From an uncultured Ignavibacteriales bacterium (GTDB taxonomy: Bacteria; Zixibacteria; MSB-5A5; GN15; JAAZOE01): a DNA stretch of 64,000 nucleotides. The notes beneath the pieces are model-generated. The model saw only the letters and a program-made list of their open reading frames with translations. It had not been told where the DNA came from and made no database searches. Shown in pieces: positions 24,587-34,952 of the stretch. The translations under genes were made by a program, and so were the position numbers. The stretch is taken from assembly GCA_964611355.1 (NCBI GenBank), contig CAZSYD010000001.1, forward strand, positions 2,745-66,744, in the 5' to 3' direction. Position 1 is the first letter of the stretch. Each line of letters opens with the position of its first letter.

Positions 24587-27138
24587 TACCCGTCATCCAG
24601 TTTCTTGATCCTGACCCAGCCGCCGCCAGCGTGCGAAATCAGGCTGTTGACCTCAGTGGCGGCGAAATTATTCGGCACAAACAGGACTTCTCCCTCAAAG
24701 AATTTGGAAAGCCTGGCTTTCAGTACCAGCTTTCCGGTGCTCGATTCCACCCGCACCAGAGTGCCCTCTTCAATACCCAGCTTATCCGCCAGATGTGGGG
24801 ATATTTCCAAGTACGGTTCAGGCGTAAACCGCAGCAGCGATTCGCAATGCTCGCTCAAGTAACCGAAATGATGCAGATCATTGCCGACCAAAAGGCGATA
24901 CGGATATCCTTCGTGCTCTACGGGAGGTATGTACTTTATCTCGAAGAATTTATTGACATCCCGAGGCGTTCGTTTCCATGATTCGAGGACTTCCCTGGTT
25001 TCATTCTTCAAGGCGTCATCATCCGGTTCAAGAGGCAAGTCCATCGCTTTGGCCAGAGACCGGATAATCTCAATGCCGGTTTTTATTCCATCGGCGGGAG
25101 GCAGAGCCGTCTCGAATCTCTGGTATCGTCCTTCCAGATTGACATATGATCCCGCCTGTTCCGACCAGCCGGCCAAAGGCAGCACCACGTCCGCCTTTTC
25201 GGTGGTGGCGGTTTCAAACAGGTCGGCCACGACAAGGAAATCAAGCTTGTCGAGGGCGGCGTTGACAAAAGGCCCGTCGGGATAGCGCATCGCGGGATTG
25301 GCTCCCATAACAAAGACCGAATCGATCTCCTCGTCGAGGGCACCCTTGAAAATCTGCGAGGAATTGCAGCCCGGCGAATCGGGCAGCGGCTCTGCCCAGT
25401 TATTTTCCAGCGTATCGGCCAGTTCTTTCGGGATCAGAGGTCTGAGTCCTGCGCGGCAAGCGCCCATGGCGTTAGCCTGCGAGGTCAGAATTATTGCCCT
25501 GCCGTCTTCCACTCCCAGCAGATTAGCCAGGTTATAGAGCCCATTGGCCGGTACATAGCGGCGAGGCAGAGCTTTCAAATAATCACCGGCCAAAATGAAC
25601 AGATTTCCCGCTTCAGCCAGAGCCAGAGCCAGTTGGTTTATTCGCTCTTCTCCGATTCCGCAAATTGAAGCCGCTTCTGCAAGAGTTGCCGGAGACAGCT
25701 TCTCTTTGACTCCGACTGCCCTGCCGTCGTCCATATTTTTATAGAGCTTCCGATCAATAATGGAATGCATCAGCGCGACCAAAAAGGTTGTTTCGGTATC
25801 CTGCTTGTAAATAAGCTCGTCCACCGAAATATCGGCCGACTTGGTCTCCACCGGATTGGCCGTGTAAATCCGCACGTTGTTTTTCCGGTATGCTTTGCGT
25901 AATCGCAGGTTGACAATCGGATGATCCTTGATGAAGTTCGACCCGAAGACAAAAACAGCATCGGCCTTTTCCAGATCGGCGATCCTGAACGGCGCTTCCA
26001 GGAGACAATCGTAGGACTCGGCTGTCTGGCCATCTCTCAGGTCAATAAATCTCAACCGGTAGTCAACCGAGTTGGACCGAAGCACCTTACGGAAAAATTT
26101 ATTGAATAGATAATATGTCTCAGTGGAAAGATTGCCGCCCGCCAGACCGGCGATGCAGACCGATCCTTTTTTGCCTTTGATCTCTTTGAAACGGCGGGCA
26201 ATCAATTCAATTGCTTCGTTCCAGCCGGCCGGTACCTGCTTTCCTTCCTTTTTAATCAAAGGCGTTTTCAGACGATCCTGCGAGTTAATATATTGATACC
26301 CGTAGCGGGCAATATCGCAAATCCAGCCTTCGTCAACGTCGTCGTTGCGCCGCGACGTCACCCGCCAGATTTTTCTATGATCAAACCAGAGTTTTATATT
26401 CTGGCCGTCGGCGTCGTAGCCGGAGATTGAATCGGCCTGATCGGTTTCCCAGACGCGAACCTTGTACCGCCAGTCGGCGTTGGTTAATGCTCCCACGGGA
26501 CAAATTTCGACCACGTTCCCGGAATACAGATTCGCAACCATCTCTCCCGGAGGTGCGTCAATAACCGTATCACTGCCGCGCTGATAGACTCCCAAGTCGT
26601 ACTCGCCGGCGATTTCTTTATTGAAACGGATGCATTTGAAACAGGTTACGCACCGGTTCATGTTTCGGATGATCTCGGGGCCGATCCGCTTGTCGTCAAA
26701 AGTGGTTGTTGTCTCTTCGTCGATGACCCGCTTGCGTGCAAAAGTCTGCCGCGATTTATCCAGACCATAATAGAAAACGTTATTCTGCAGATCGCATTCG
26801 CCGCCCTTGTCGCAGGTGGGGCAATCGATCGGGTGATTGAGAAGCAAAAATTCCAGCACGCCCCGCCGGGCCTTGATGATGCTTTCGGTGTTGGTTCTTA
26901 CGACCATACCGGGCATCGCCTCGGTAGCGCAGGAGACCACCGGTTTGGGGGACTTTTCGATATCGACCAGGCACATCCGGCAGGCTCCGATCGAATCGAG
27001 CTTGGGATGCCAGCAGAAATGCGGAATATCGATACCGATACTCATGGCCGCCTCAAGAACCGTCGTTCCCTTGTCAACCGTGACTTCCCGGCCGTCTATG
27101 GTCAGGGTTACTTTTTCTTTTTCGCCGTTGTCAGCCAT
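24586..27138 (-). CDS. nuoG: NADH-quinone oxidoreductase subunit G
   Basis: 850 aa. N-terminal 2Fe-2S and 4Fe-4S Cys clusters (CWHPKLDSIGACRMC, CPTCDKGGEC), then a molybdopterin-oxidoreductase-like body. Confidence 0.92.
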   Translation of the reverse strand: MADNGEKEKVTLTIDGREVTVDKGTTVLEAAMSIGIDIPHFCWHPKLDSIGACRMCLVDIEKSPKPVVSCATEAMPGMVVRTNTESIIKARRGVLEFLLLNHPIDCPTCDKGGECDLQNNVFYYGLDKSRQTFARKRVIDEETTTTFDDKRIGPEIIRNMNRCVTCFKCIRFNKEIAGEYDLGVYQRGSDTVIDAPPGEMVANLYSGNVVEICPVGALTNADWRYKVRVWETDQADSISGYDADGQNIKLWFDHRKIWRVTSRRNDDVDEGWICDIARYGYQYINSQDRLKTPLIKKEGKQVPAGWNEAIELIARRFKEIKGKKGSVCIAGLAGGNLSTETYYLFNKFFRKVLRSNSVDYRLRFIDLRDGQTAESYDCLLEAPFRIADLEKADAVFVFGSNFIKDHPIVNLRLRKAYRKNNVRIYTANPVETKSADISVDELIYKQDTETTFLVALMHSIIDRKLYKNMDDGRAVGVKEKLSPATLAEAASICGIGEERINQLALALAEAGNLFILAGDYLKALPRRYVPANGLYNLANLLGVEDGRAIILTSQANAMGACRAGLRPLIPKELADTLENNWAEPLPDSPGCNSSQIFKGALDEEIDSVFVMGANPAMRYPDGPFVNAALDKLDFLVVADLFETATTEKADVVLPLAGWSEQAGSYVNLEGRYQRFETALPPADGIKTGIEIIRSLAKAMDLPLEPDDDALKNETREVLESWKRTPRDVNKFFEIKYIPPVEHEGYPYRLLVGNDLHHFGYLSEHCESLLRFTPEPYLEISPHLADKLGIEEGTLVRVESSTGKLVLKARLSKFFEGEVLFVPNNFAATEVNSLISHAGGGWVRIKKLDDG

Positions 27139-27140
27139 CT

Positions 27141-28421
27141 CTACTCAAAAGAATAATCAGTCTTCACCATGCACGTTTTGTGCTTGATATGGTATTCAAA
27201 CTCCTCGCGGAAATGTTCTATGATCGACTCGATCGGCATTACCGCGGCGTCGCCCAGCGGGCAGATCGTCCGGCCCATAATATTGTCGCAGATATCAAGA
27301 ATCAACTCGATGTCGCCTTCCCTGCCGTCGCCGTTTTCGATCCGGTTAATGATCCGCTTGAGCCAGGCCGTCCCTTCGCGACAGGGTGTGCATTTACCGC
27401 ACGATTCATGGGCATAGAAATTTATCAGCTTCATGGCCACCCAAACCATGCAGGCGCGTTCGTCAATAACGATAATCGCTCCGGAGCCGAGCATCGATCC
27501 GGCCTCGGCGACCGATTCAAAATCGAGCGGCGTATCTATCTGATCCGGCATCAGAAGCGGCGTTGATGAACCGCCGGGAATGATTGCTTTCAGTTTCCGG
27601 CCGTCCTGAACCCCGCCGCCAAGTTCGTTGATGATATAGGAAAGCGACGTGCCGAGGGGTACCTCATAGTTGCCCGGTCGCTCGACATTTCCGGAAAGCG
27701 AAAAGATTTTCGTGCCGGGCGATTTTTCGGTGCCGAAGGAACGATACCAGTCGGGGCCGCGATTGATAATGTGCGGTATGCCGGCGAGGGTCTCGACATT
27801 GTTGACCACAGTCGGGCATTTGTAAAGCCCCTCGATGGCGGGGAACGGCGGGCGGATGCGGGAGAGACCGCGATCGCCTTCGAGAGAAGACAGAAGCGCC
27901 GTTTCCTCGCCGCAGATATAAGCGCCGCCGCCGGTATGGACGATGACTTCGAGGTCATAGCCGCTGCCGAGGATATTTTTGCCCAGATATCCCTTTTCGT
28001 ATGCTTCGCTTATAGCTTCTTCCATTCGACGGGCCGGATAGACGAATTCGCCCCGGACATAGACGAAGGCATGGTGCGCCTGAATGGCGTAGGCGCAGAT
28101 AATTATCCCTTCGACGACCATGTGCGGGTCGCGTTCCATCAGCACACGGTCTTTGCAGGTGCCCGGCTCCGACTCGTCGGCGTTACAGCAGAGGTATTTC
28201 GGTTTACTCGTATCTTTGGGAATAAAACCCCATTTCACACCGGCCGGAAAACCGGCGCCGCCGCGACCGCGGATACCCGATTTCTTGACGATGTCGATAA
28301 CCTCATCCGGCCGGTGCTGCCTGATGACTTTCTCAATCGCCTGATAGCCGCCGTTTTTGATATAGTTATCTATCCTGTACTGTTCGGGCTCGTCAATATA
28401 TTTGAAAAGCACCTTTTCCAT
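27141..28421 (-). CDS. nuoF: NADH-quinone oxidoreductase subunit F
   Basis: FMN/NADH motifs GRGGAGFPAGVKW and the 4Fe-4S motif ESCGKCTPCREG. I take the start as the internal ATG (MEKVLFKYID) at 28421, just after the nuoE stop, rather than the track start at 28484. Confidence 0.92.
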   Translation of the reverse strand: MEKVLFKYIDEPEQYRIDNYIKNGGYQAIEKVIRQHRPDEVIDIVKKSGIRGRGGAGFPAGVKWGFIPKDTSKPKYLCCNADESEPGTCKDRVLMERDPHMVVEGIIICAYAIQAHHAFVYVRGEFVYPARRMEEAISEAYEKGYLGKNILGSGYDLEVIVHTGGGAYICGEETALLSSLEGDRGLSRIRPPFPAIEGLYKCPTVVNNVETLAGIPHIINRGPDWYRSFGTEKSPGTKIFSLSGNVERPGNYEVPLGTSLSYIINELGGGVQDGRKLKAIIPGGSSTPLLMPDQIDTPLDFESVAEAGSMLGSGAIIVIDERACMVWVAMKLINFYAHESCGKCTPCREGTAWLKRIINRIENGDGREGDIELILDICDNIMGRTICPLGDAAVMPIESIIEHFREEFEYHIKHKTCMVKTDYSFE

Positions 28422-28422
28422 G

Positions 28423-28914
28423 CTACTTGCTTTCCGTCTGAGCCCTGGCGCGAAGGTCGGCCAGTATCTGATCGACCTTTTCACGGGTCAAATTTTCGTA
28501 GTACTTATCATTTACCCGCATCATCGGGGCCGCCGAACAGCCGCCGAGACATTCAACCGAAATCAGGGTGAACATCCTGTCCGGCGTGGTCTCTCCCATC
28601 TTGACACCGAGCTTTTCTTCGATATAGGTTATCATATTGTCCGCGCCGCGCAGCGAGCATGATATATTATGGCAGACCTGAATCAGATAGCGGCCGACCT
28701 CTTTCTTGGGGAACATTGTATAAAACGAGGCCGCCTCGGCGATCTCAACGTACGGAACCCCGGTAAGCTGCGCGATTTCCCGATATATGTCCGGATTTAG
28801 ATGGCCAACCTGCCTGTAAGCGGCCGTCAGGGCCGGGAGTATCACCGACCGTCGCGACGGATACCGTTCCATCTTAGTCTGAATCTCTTTTATTGTGGTC
28901 TCTTTCAGGATCAT
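28423..28914 (-). CDS. nuoE: NADH-quinone oxidoreductase subunit E
   Basis: Thioredoxin-like 2Fe-2S pattern CHNISCSLRG...CLGGCSAAP. Confidence 0.92.
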   Translation of the reverse strand: MILKETTIKEIQTKMERYPSRRSVILPALTAAYRQVGHLNPDIYREIAQLTGVPYVEIAEAASFYTMFPKKEVGRYLIQVCHNISCSLRGADNMITYIEEKLGVKMGETTPDRMFTLISVECLGGCSAAPMMRVNDKYYENLTREKVDQILADLRARAQTESK

Positions 28915-30086
28915 CGATCAACCTCGCCAAGAACGATATCAATGGAACCGATACAGGTAACCACATCCGCCACCAGGCGGCCGCGGACCATCGGGTCGAG
29001 CGTCTGCAGATTGATAAACGACGGCGGCCGCACTCGCATCCGATACGGCCGGGTGGAACCGTCCGAAACGATGTAGTAGCCAAGTTCGCCTTTGGGCGAC
29101 TCAATAGCCTGATAATAAGAACCGGCCGGAACCTTAAACCCTTCCGTGATAATCTTGAAATGGAAAATCATCGCTTCCATTTCAGACAAAACCTTCTCCT
29201 TGGGCGGCAGAACAACTCCCGGGACATCGGCCTTGTACGGCCCTTCCGGCATGCCGTCCAGCGCCTGCTTCATTATCCGAAGCGACTGCCGCATTTCTTC
29301 CATGCGAACCAGATACCTGTCGTAACAATCGCCGTTTTCTCCGACCGGGATATCAAAATCAAACTTTTCGTATCCTGAGTACGGTTTGGCCTTACGCACG
29401 TCGTATTTAACGCCTGTGGAACGCAGAATCGGGCCCGTCACCGATAAGTCGAGCACCTGCCGGGCGGTAAGTTTCCCGACGCCGGTCAGCCTTTTGATCC
29501 AGATGCGATTGGACGAAAGCAGGTTTTCATAATCTTTCATCTTTTGCGGGAATACCCTGAGAATCTTTTTAATCTTCCTGTCGAAATCGGGCGGCAGGTC
29601 GTACGCCAGACCGCCGATTCGAAAATAGGTCGACATCATCCGCTGGCCGGAGACCGCCTCGTAAACATCCAGAAGCATTTCCCGTTCACGGAAGGTATAG
29701 AGAAGCATCGACATGGCGCCGATATCGATAGCATGTGTGCCCAGCCAGACTAAATGACTGTTGAGCCGGGTCAGTTCGGTCAAAAGCACTCGCGCGTATT
29801 TGACCTTTTCAGGGATTTCAATCCCCAGAAGCTTTTCTACCGCCAGAACATAACCGAGATTATTCGACATCGGCGCCAGATAATCCATCCGGTCGGTCAT
29901 CGGGACAACCTTGTAATACAGCTTATTCTCGGCCGTCTTTTCGATGCCGGTATGCAGGTACCCCAAATGCGGCGTCGCGCTGATAATCGTTTCTCCGTCC
30001 AGCTCCAGCACGACGCGCAAAACGCCGTGGGTAGCCGGGTGCTGGGGACCCATGTTAAGGGTCATTGTCCTAGCACCTGTCGTCAC
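28911..30086 (-). CDS. nuoD: NADH-quinone oxidoreductase subunit D
   Basis: 391 aa with LNMGPQHPATHGVLR near the N-terminus and the C-terminal VLGEVDR typical of the 49-kDa subunit. Confidence 0.93.
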   Translation of the reverse strand: MTTGARTMTLNMGPQHPATHGVLRVVLELDGETIISATPHLGYLHTGIEKTAENKLYYKVVPMTDRMDYLAPMSNNLGYVLAVEKLLGIEIPEKVKYARVLLTELTRLNSHLVWLGTHAIDIGAMSMLLYTFREREMLLDVYEAVSGQRMMSTYFRIGGLAYDLPPDFDRKIKKILRVFPQKMKDYENLLSSNRIWIKRLTGVGKLTARQVLDLSVTGPILRSTGVKYDVRKAKPYSGYEKFDFDIPVGENGDCYDRYLVRMEEMRQSLRIMKQALDGMPEGPYKADVPGVVLPPKEKVLSEMEAMIFHFKIITEGFKVPAGSYYQAIESPKGELGYYIVSDGSTRPYRMRVRPPSFINLQTLDPMVRGRLVADVVTCIGSIDIVLGEVDR

Positions 30087-30616
30087 TTGATAATCTCCGG
30101 CGGCTTATCCTTATTGTGCGTAAATTGAGGAACCTCGTACGTCAGCGGAAAATCCTTGCGATGCGGCCAGCCGTCCATTCCTTCGGGCGTAATAATCCGA
30201 CGCAGGTCGGGATGGCCTTCGAATTCGATTCCCAGCATATCGTACACTTCCCGCTCCAGCCAGTCGGCGCCCGGATATATCGGTTGAATTGATCGAATCG
30301 ACGGTTTTTCGGAATCCGGGATGGTTGTCTTTACCAGCACGCGGAGACTTTTGGCAATTGAATAGAAATTATAAACCAGTTCGAATCGCATTTCCGGGCA
30401 TTTGATCCAGTCAACGCCGCAAATGTCGGAAAGGAGCTCAAAACCGGTGTGGGCATCTTCCTTCATGAACTCGGCAAGGTCAAAGACGATATCGTCGGTA
30501 ATAAATATGGAAAGCTGGTCGGCGAATTTGCCGTGGCCGGTTATCCTGTCGCCGAACCGATCTTTAAGCGCGCCCAGCAGTTCCGATTCAGCTTTAGTTA
30601 TCTCAGCTTGTTCCAT
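30083..30616 (-). CDS. nuoC: NADH-quinone oxidoreductase subunit C
   Basis: 177-aa 30-kDa-subunit-like protein (EREVYDMLGIEFEGHPDLRRI). It has a 4-nt overlap with nuoD. Confidence 0.9.
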   Translation of the reverse strand: MEQAEITKAESELLGALKDRFGDRITGHGKFADQLSIFITDDIVFDLAEFMKEDAHTGFELLSDICGVDWIKCPEMRFELVYNFYSIAKSLRVLVKTTIPDSEKPSIRSIQPIYPGADWLEREVYDMLGIEFEGHPDLRRIITPEGMDGWPHRKDFPLTYEVPQFTHNKDKPPEIIK

Positions 30617-30656
30617 ATTTCACAAACTTATCCATAAAAAAATGGCCTGAAGAATC

Positions 30657-31163
30657 TCAGGCCGAAGCCCGTTTCGGTTTCTTTGCCGCCTTATCCCTGA
30701 TTGATTCCTTCATGACCTTCTCATGCAACCGCATGATACCGTCAATCAACTGCTCCGGGCGCGGCGGACAGCCGGGGATATAGATATCAACCGGAATAAT
30801 CCGGTCGACGCCCTGCAGAATGGCATAATTGTTGAATATCCCGCCGCACGAAGCGCAGGCCCCCATGGAAATAACCCATTTGGGATTGGGCATCTGATCG
30901 TAGAGTCGTTTTATAACCGGAACCATTTTGTTGGATACCCGGCCGGCGACAATCATCAAATCGGCCTGGCGCGGAGAGGGACGCGTTACCTCCATGCCGA
31001 AACGGGCCAGGTCAAAATGAGAGGCAAAAGTCGCCATCATCTCGATGGCGCAGCAGGCCAACCCGAATCCAAACGGCCACATTGAAGATTTTCGGGACCA
31101 ATTAACCAGATAATCAACCGTGGTCAATATTATGGAATCGGGGATTTTTTCCTCTAATCCCAT
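30657..31163 (-). CDS. nuoB: NADH-quinone oxidoreductase subunit B
   Basis: N2 cluster ligand motifs [17 protein letters not shown] and IPGCPP. Confidence 0.93.
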   Translation of the reverse strand: MGLEEKIPDSIILTTVDYLVNWSRKSSMWPFGFGLACCAIEMMATFASHFDLARFGMEVTRPSPRQADLMIVAGRVSNKMVPVIKRLYDQMPNPKWVISMGACASCGGIFNNYAILQGVDRIIPVDIYIPGCPPRPEQLIDGIMRLHEKVMKESIRDKAAKKPKRASA

Positions 31164-31522
31164 TTCAATGCCCCCGCGCGCAGGATGTAAATATACCCAA
31201 TCAGCAGGATGGCAATAAAGACTGTCATTTCGATCAGGCCAAAAAGCGCCAGTTCGTCGTAAATTATGGCCCAGGGGTATAGAAAGACCACTTCTATATC
31301 AAATATGATAAACAGAATGGCCACCATATAGAATTTGACCGAAAACCGTTCTTTGGTATCGCCGGTGGGGACAATGCCGCTCTCGTATGGTTCCTCTTTA
31401 ATTGTGCTCTTGGTTTTTCTTCCGAATAGAACAGAAAGCCCCAGCATGGCCAGGGCGGAGATACCAACGAGAGCGATCAGGACGAGTATTGGAAAGAAGG
31501 TTTCAAACATTACCGGGCTCAC
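31154..31522 (-). CDS. nuoA: NADH-quinone oxidoreductase subunit A
   Basis: About 120 aa with 3 TM helices and the first gene of the operon. The track start is GTG at 31522; an ATG at 31510 (MFETFFP) is an alternative. Confidence 0.88.
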   Translation of the reverse strand: MSPVMFETFFPILVLIALVGISALAMLGLSVLFGRKTKSTIKEEPYESGIVPTGDTKERFSVKFYMVAILFIIFDIEVVFLYPWAIIYDELALFGLIEMTVFIAILLIGYIYILRAGALKWD

Positions 31523-31537
31523 AAAATTTTGACCGGC

Positions 31538-31566
31538 ATGTTAATAATATTACGCTCCCATGTCAA
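31538..31566 (-). promoter_or_regulatory. Candidate sigma70 promoter of the nuo operon
   Basis: On the minus strand: TTGACA (31566-31561), a 17-nt spacer, then TAACAT (31543-31538). The leader would be very short, so this is tentative. Confidence 0.3.
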
Positions 31567-31735
31567 TATAAATTCGCCTTTTTCCTATTCAAATCCAGCC
31601 TTTATAATACTACCCCACGTAGAATCATCAACTACAACGCCATACATATCAATAGGTTATAATTATGATGAATTACGAGTAATTTGGTATTATTAAAGAT
31701 GTTAGTCGGTCACATTGGCGCGTAATACCGGCCGG

Positions 31736-32782
31736 TTATGCGCTGACAACCCGAATATGATTGGAAAAAATCCACCCCTTTTTACCGCGATAAACCTCCA
31801 CCCGATAAATACCCGGATCAGTTATCTTATGCTCGAATTCTTTTGTGGTCGCTTCAGCGCAAAGTCTTCCATCGGCGATCAGCCGAATGCGGCCGCGAAG
31901 GGGGGCCGACACCCTGGCTTTTGTATTCGACTCCAGGGTTATTTCACTTCCCGAAACGCCGGAATTTAAATCAGAGCCGATCTCAAAAACAAAATTGCGC
32001 GCTTCGCCCCAACGATAGTTGGAAACGAAAGCCCGGCCATCGCGGATGGCATCGTAAATTTGACCTTTGGCTGTGGTCAGGTCGCGCGAAAGCGGCTCGG
32101 TCAGAAGCAGATGTGTCCGAATTGATTTGAACTGGACTTTGTAAGGGAAAATGGTCAGCCTAAGCGGTCCGGCGTGGTAAAGGAACCCGTGAGCGTCAAC
32201 CGAGCCTATCCCGACTACTTTACGCTTCATACTCAACTCGTCCCATTTCCATAAGATTCTGCTTGTCGGGCCTCGAAGGCACTTGCGCGGCGAGAAAATC
32301 ATCTTTAAGCGATTGAAAATCCTGAGGTTTTCCATCCATTCCGACATCTGGTTCCAGATTTCCAGCCCGTCAAACCCTTCCGCGTCCCACGCCGTCCATG
32401 GATACGACCGAAACCTGGCGTCGCGCCCTCTGATTTCATCCGGATGAGCCATTATTCCCAGGGCGCCTTTTTCCGCGGCGGCGCCGACGTAATCGGCCGC
32501 TCTCATTGAAGCCGGCAGGACTTCATCATGGTCGAATATCAAATAATGATTGCAGTCTTCGCAGTCGTTATGCTCGTATCCGATCAAAACGAGGAGATTA
32601 CCGTAGAATCCTTCTTTGCCTTCATGCAGTCCTTTCAGAGTCATGTGGTCGGTGAAGAGAAGAAAATCAAGCCCGACCTCCTGCCCGATCGCTGCTATTT
32701 CTTCGTGCGTCTTGGTGCCGTCCGAATCGAGGGTATGGATATGAATAACACCGGTTATAACGGTGTAATCCTTTGTTGCCAT
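31736..32782 (-). CDS. PHP-domain (CehA/McbA-like) metallohydrolase
   Basis: N-terminal GVIHIHTLDSDGT, and later HPDE and VDAHG His/Asp motifs typical of the PHP fold. Confidence 0.7.
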   Translation of the reverse strand: MATKDYTVITGVIHIHTLDSDGTKTHEEIAAIGQEVGLDFLLFTDHMTLKGLHEGKEGFYGNLLVLIGYEHNDCEDCNHYLIFDHDEVLPASMRAADYVGAAAEKGALGIMAHPDEIRGRDARFRSYPWTAWDAEGFDGLEIWNQMSEWMENLRIFNRLKMIFSPRKCLRGPTSRILWKWDELSMKRKVVGIGSVDAHGFLYHAGPLRLTIFPYKVQFKSIRTHLLLTEPLSRDLTTAKGQIYDAIRDGRAFVSNYRWGEARNFVFEIGSDLNSGVSGSEITLESNTKARVSAPLRGRIRLIADGRLCAEATTKEFEHKITDPGIYRVEVYRGKKGWIFSNHIRVVSA

Positions 32783-32785
32783 AAC

Positions 32786-33448
32786 CTAATCCTTCCGGTT
32801 CAGGGTTAAAACGACCGCCCAATAATACTCATTGAAAAGCAGTTTTTCCACCTTGCCCCACTTTTTGAATATCGAGACCAGTTCTTCCCGGTCAAAATAA
32901 TTTTTCAGAATCAGGTATTCTTCGCCATTTTCCAGCCGCCTCTTTTTGTAGCTGTTGATATGCGAATTGTCCCAGATGAGTCCGGGGACCATCTCGCAGA
33001 TCGGGTTGTTATCGCAAATGAAAACCGGAGAACCCGATTTGACCACCCGGCGCACGGTTTCGCCCAGCCGATCCAGGTCCTGCCGCCTGACATGGGAAAC
33101 CACATAAGTCACCATCAGGCCGTTGAAAAAATCCCGGGAAAAGGGGAGATGGAAGAAATCGCTCCGGATAAATTGCGCCCGGCAGCGATAGGTTTTCTTT
33201 TTTGCTTCGAGAAGGGTGCTTTTGTTTATATCTATCCCGACGATTGAAGCCGCCTTCTCCGATACTATCCTTGTCCAGAAGCCGGTGCCGCAGGCCAGGT
33301 CGAGGACATTTCGTCCCACCAGTACGCCTTTCGAAACATCGTACAGATCAGCCAGTTCTTTCTGCCGCGCCGGGTTGTCACGGAAATAGGCCTGCTCGTA
33401 TTCCGGCGCCCGCTTCCGGTAGTACTCTACTGTTTCGTCGCGTTCCAA
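32786..33448 (-). CDS. Class I SAM-dependent methyltransferase
   Basis: Motif I VLDLACGTGFWT, and an acidic residue at the end of the following strand (IVGIDIN). Confidence 0.8.
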   Translation of the reverse strand: MERDETVEYYRKRAPEYEQAYFRDNPARQKELADLYDVSKGVLVGRNVLDLACGTGFWTRIVSEKAASIVGIDINKSTLLEAKKKTYRCRAQFIRSDFFHLPFSRDFFNGLMVTYVVSHVRRQDLDRLGETVRRVVKSGSPVFICDNNPICEMVPGLIWDNSHINSYKKRRLENGEEYLILKNYFDREELVSIFKKWGKVEKLLFNEYYWAVVLTLNRKD

Positions 33449-34839
33449 TTTTTTCCCTTCGTGTCAGGTACTTTGCGAAATATATAAAGCCCGACCGCCA
33501 TCATGACGGCCAGGGCTATTATGGCCAGCCGATACGGCATGCGCGCAGCCGTTTCCCCTTCCAGGTTAAAAAGATTTGCCATCATTTTCCCCGGCAGATA
33601 ATCGGAAGAAAAGATATAAACCACGCCTCCCCAGACCAGTGGCCCGCAGATCGCCGCCGCTCGCCCGGAAAGAGAAAACAGCCCGAAAAACTCACCCAGC
33701 TTCTCCGGCGGCGAAAGCTGAATCAAAAGCGGCCGCGAAACCGACCAGACCCCGCCCAGAAGTATCCCGACAATCGGCCCGGATATCCAGAAGATAACCG
33801 GCAGGCTGTTTACGGCAAAAACGATAAGTATCAGAATCCAGCCAGTAACGATGCCGAATAAAACCTTTTTCGGCGACAGGCGGTCGGCCAGATGACCGAG
33901 CAGATATGCCCCGATCATGGCAAAAGCCGTCGAAATAATGAAAAAGATGATTCGTTCTTCATCCCCCATTCCAAGAACTCGTTCGGTGAAGACCGCCATA
34001 AAAATTATCACCGTGGCGATGGCGTCCTCGAAAAAATAATCGGAAATCAAAAATCGTAAAAGCCCGGGATATTTTTCGGTTGATTTAATCGACCGCCAGA
34101 CATCCTTATAAGCCGCGCCCAGCCCGACAGCCTTTGTGGCGGAGGCATTTCCCCTGTCTGATAACGCCCGATTTGTCGGGGTTCCGGCAGCGATCCTCTC
34201 TCTGACGAACAGAAAAATCGGAACCGAAAAAAGGGCGAAGAAAAATGCTGTCGGAATAAACGCCGCCGATTTGCCGCCACCTGTCAGAAACGGAATATCC
34301 AGACCAAAGACATTCCCGGTGACAAACGGCAGAACCAGAATCATGCCGACAATGGAGCCGAGATATCCCAGCGAGACGCCAAAACCGGACACCTTGCCGA
34401 CATTCTCATTAGTAGAGACCGAGGTCAAGAGAGCATTATAGAAAACCATGCTACCTTCATAGAAGAAATTGGAGACGGCGAAGAAAATCAGAACCAAAAA
34501 CATCACGGCCACAGGCATCGAGGCGAAGATAATCACCGAACCGATCGCTCCGGCGGTAAAGACAAAAAGAAAAAGCAGTTTCCTTTGTTTATGAAAAAAC
34601 GATCCCGAACCGGCTTTTTTATCCGAAAGATATCCGAGGGCGGGCATCAGCGCTGCCACCAAAAGCATCGAGGCGGAATAGGTGATGGAATAATGGATAT
34701 CTTTGTATCCCAGATCGAGCACCAGCCAGGCGGCAAAATAAAGCGAAACGATATTCATCGAGTAGATGGTATTGGCGAAATCGTAGAGCGCCCATGATAT
34801 TACATCGAGCCGCCATATGTCGCGCCGGGGATTGGACAT
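33427..34839 (-). CDS. MFS transporter (UMF1/Atg22-like)
   Basis: 470 aa with about 12 TM helices. The N-terminal WALYDFANTIYSMNIVSLYF is typical of the UMF1 subfamily. Confidence 0.75.
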   Translation of the reverse strand: MSNPRRDIWRLDVISWALYDFANTIYSMNIVSLYFAAWLVLDLGYKDIHYSITYSASMLLVAALMPALGYLSDKKAGSGSFFHKQRKLLFLFVFTAGAIGSVIIFASMPVAVMFLVLIFFAVSNFFYEGSMVFYNALLTSVSTNENVGKVSGFGVSLGYLGSIVGMILVLPFVTGNVFGLDIPFLTGGGKSAAFIPTAFFFALFSVPIFLFVRERIAAGTPTNRALSDRGNASATKAVGLGAAYKDVWRSIKSTEKYPGLLRFLISDYFFEDAIATVIIFMAVFTERVLGMGDEERIIFFIISTAFAMIGAYLLGHLADRLSPKKVLFGIVTGWILILIVFAVNSLPVIFWISGPIVGILLGGVWSVSRPLLIQLSPPEKLGEFFGLFSLSGRAAAICGPLVWGGVVYIFSSDYLPGKMMANLFNLEGETAARMPYRLAIIALAVMMAVGLYIFRKVPDTKGKNWNATKQ

Positions 34840-34952
34840 GGTGGGTTAAGTATAGTATGAAGCGGGTAGATATCAAAAGACGATTTGATACAATCTTGCG
34901 CCGGATTGCAGGGAAGCGGTCACTGCGCCGGATCAGGATGGAGAAAGGGTAA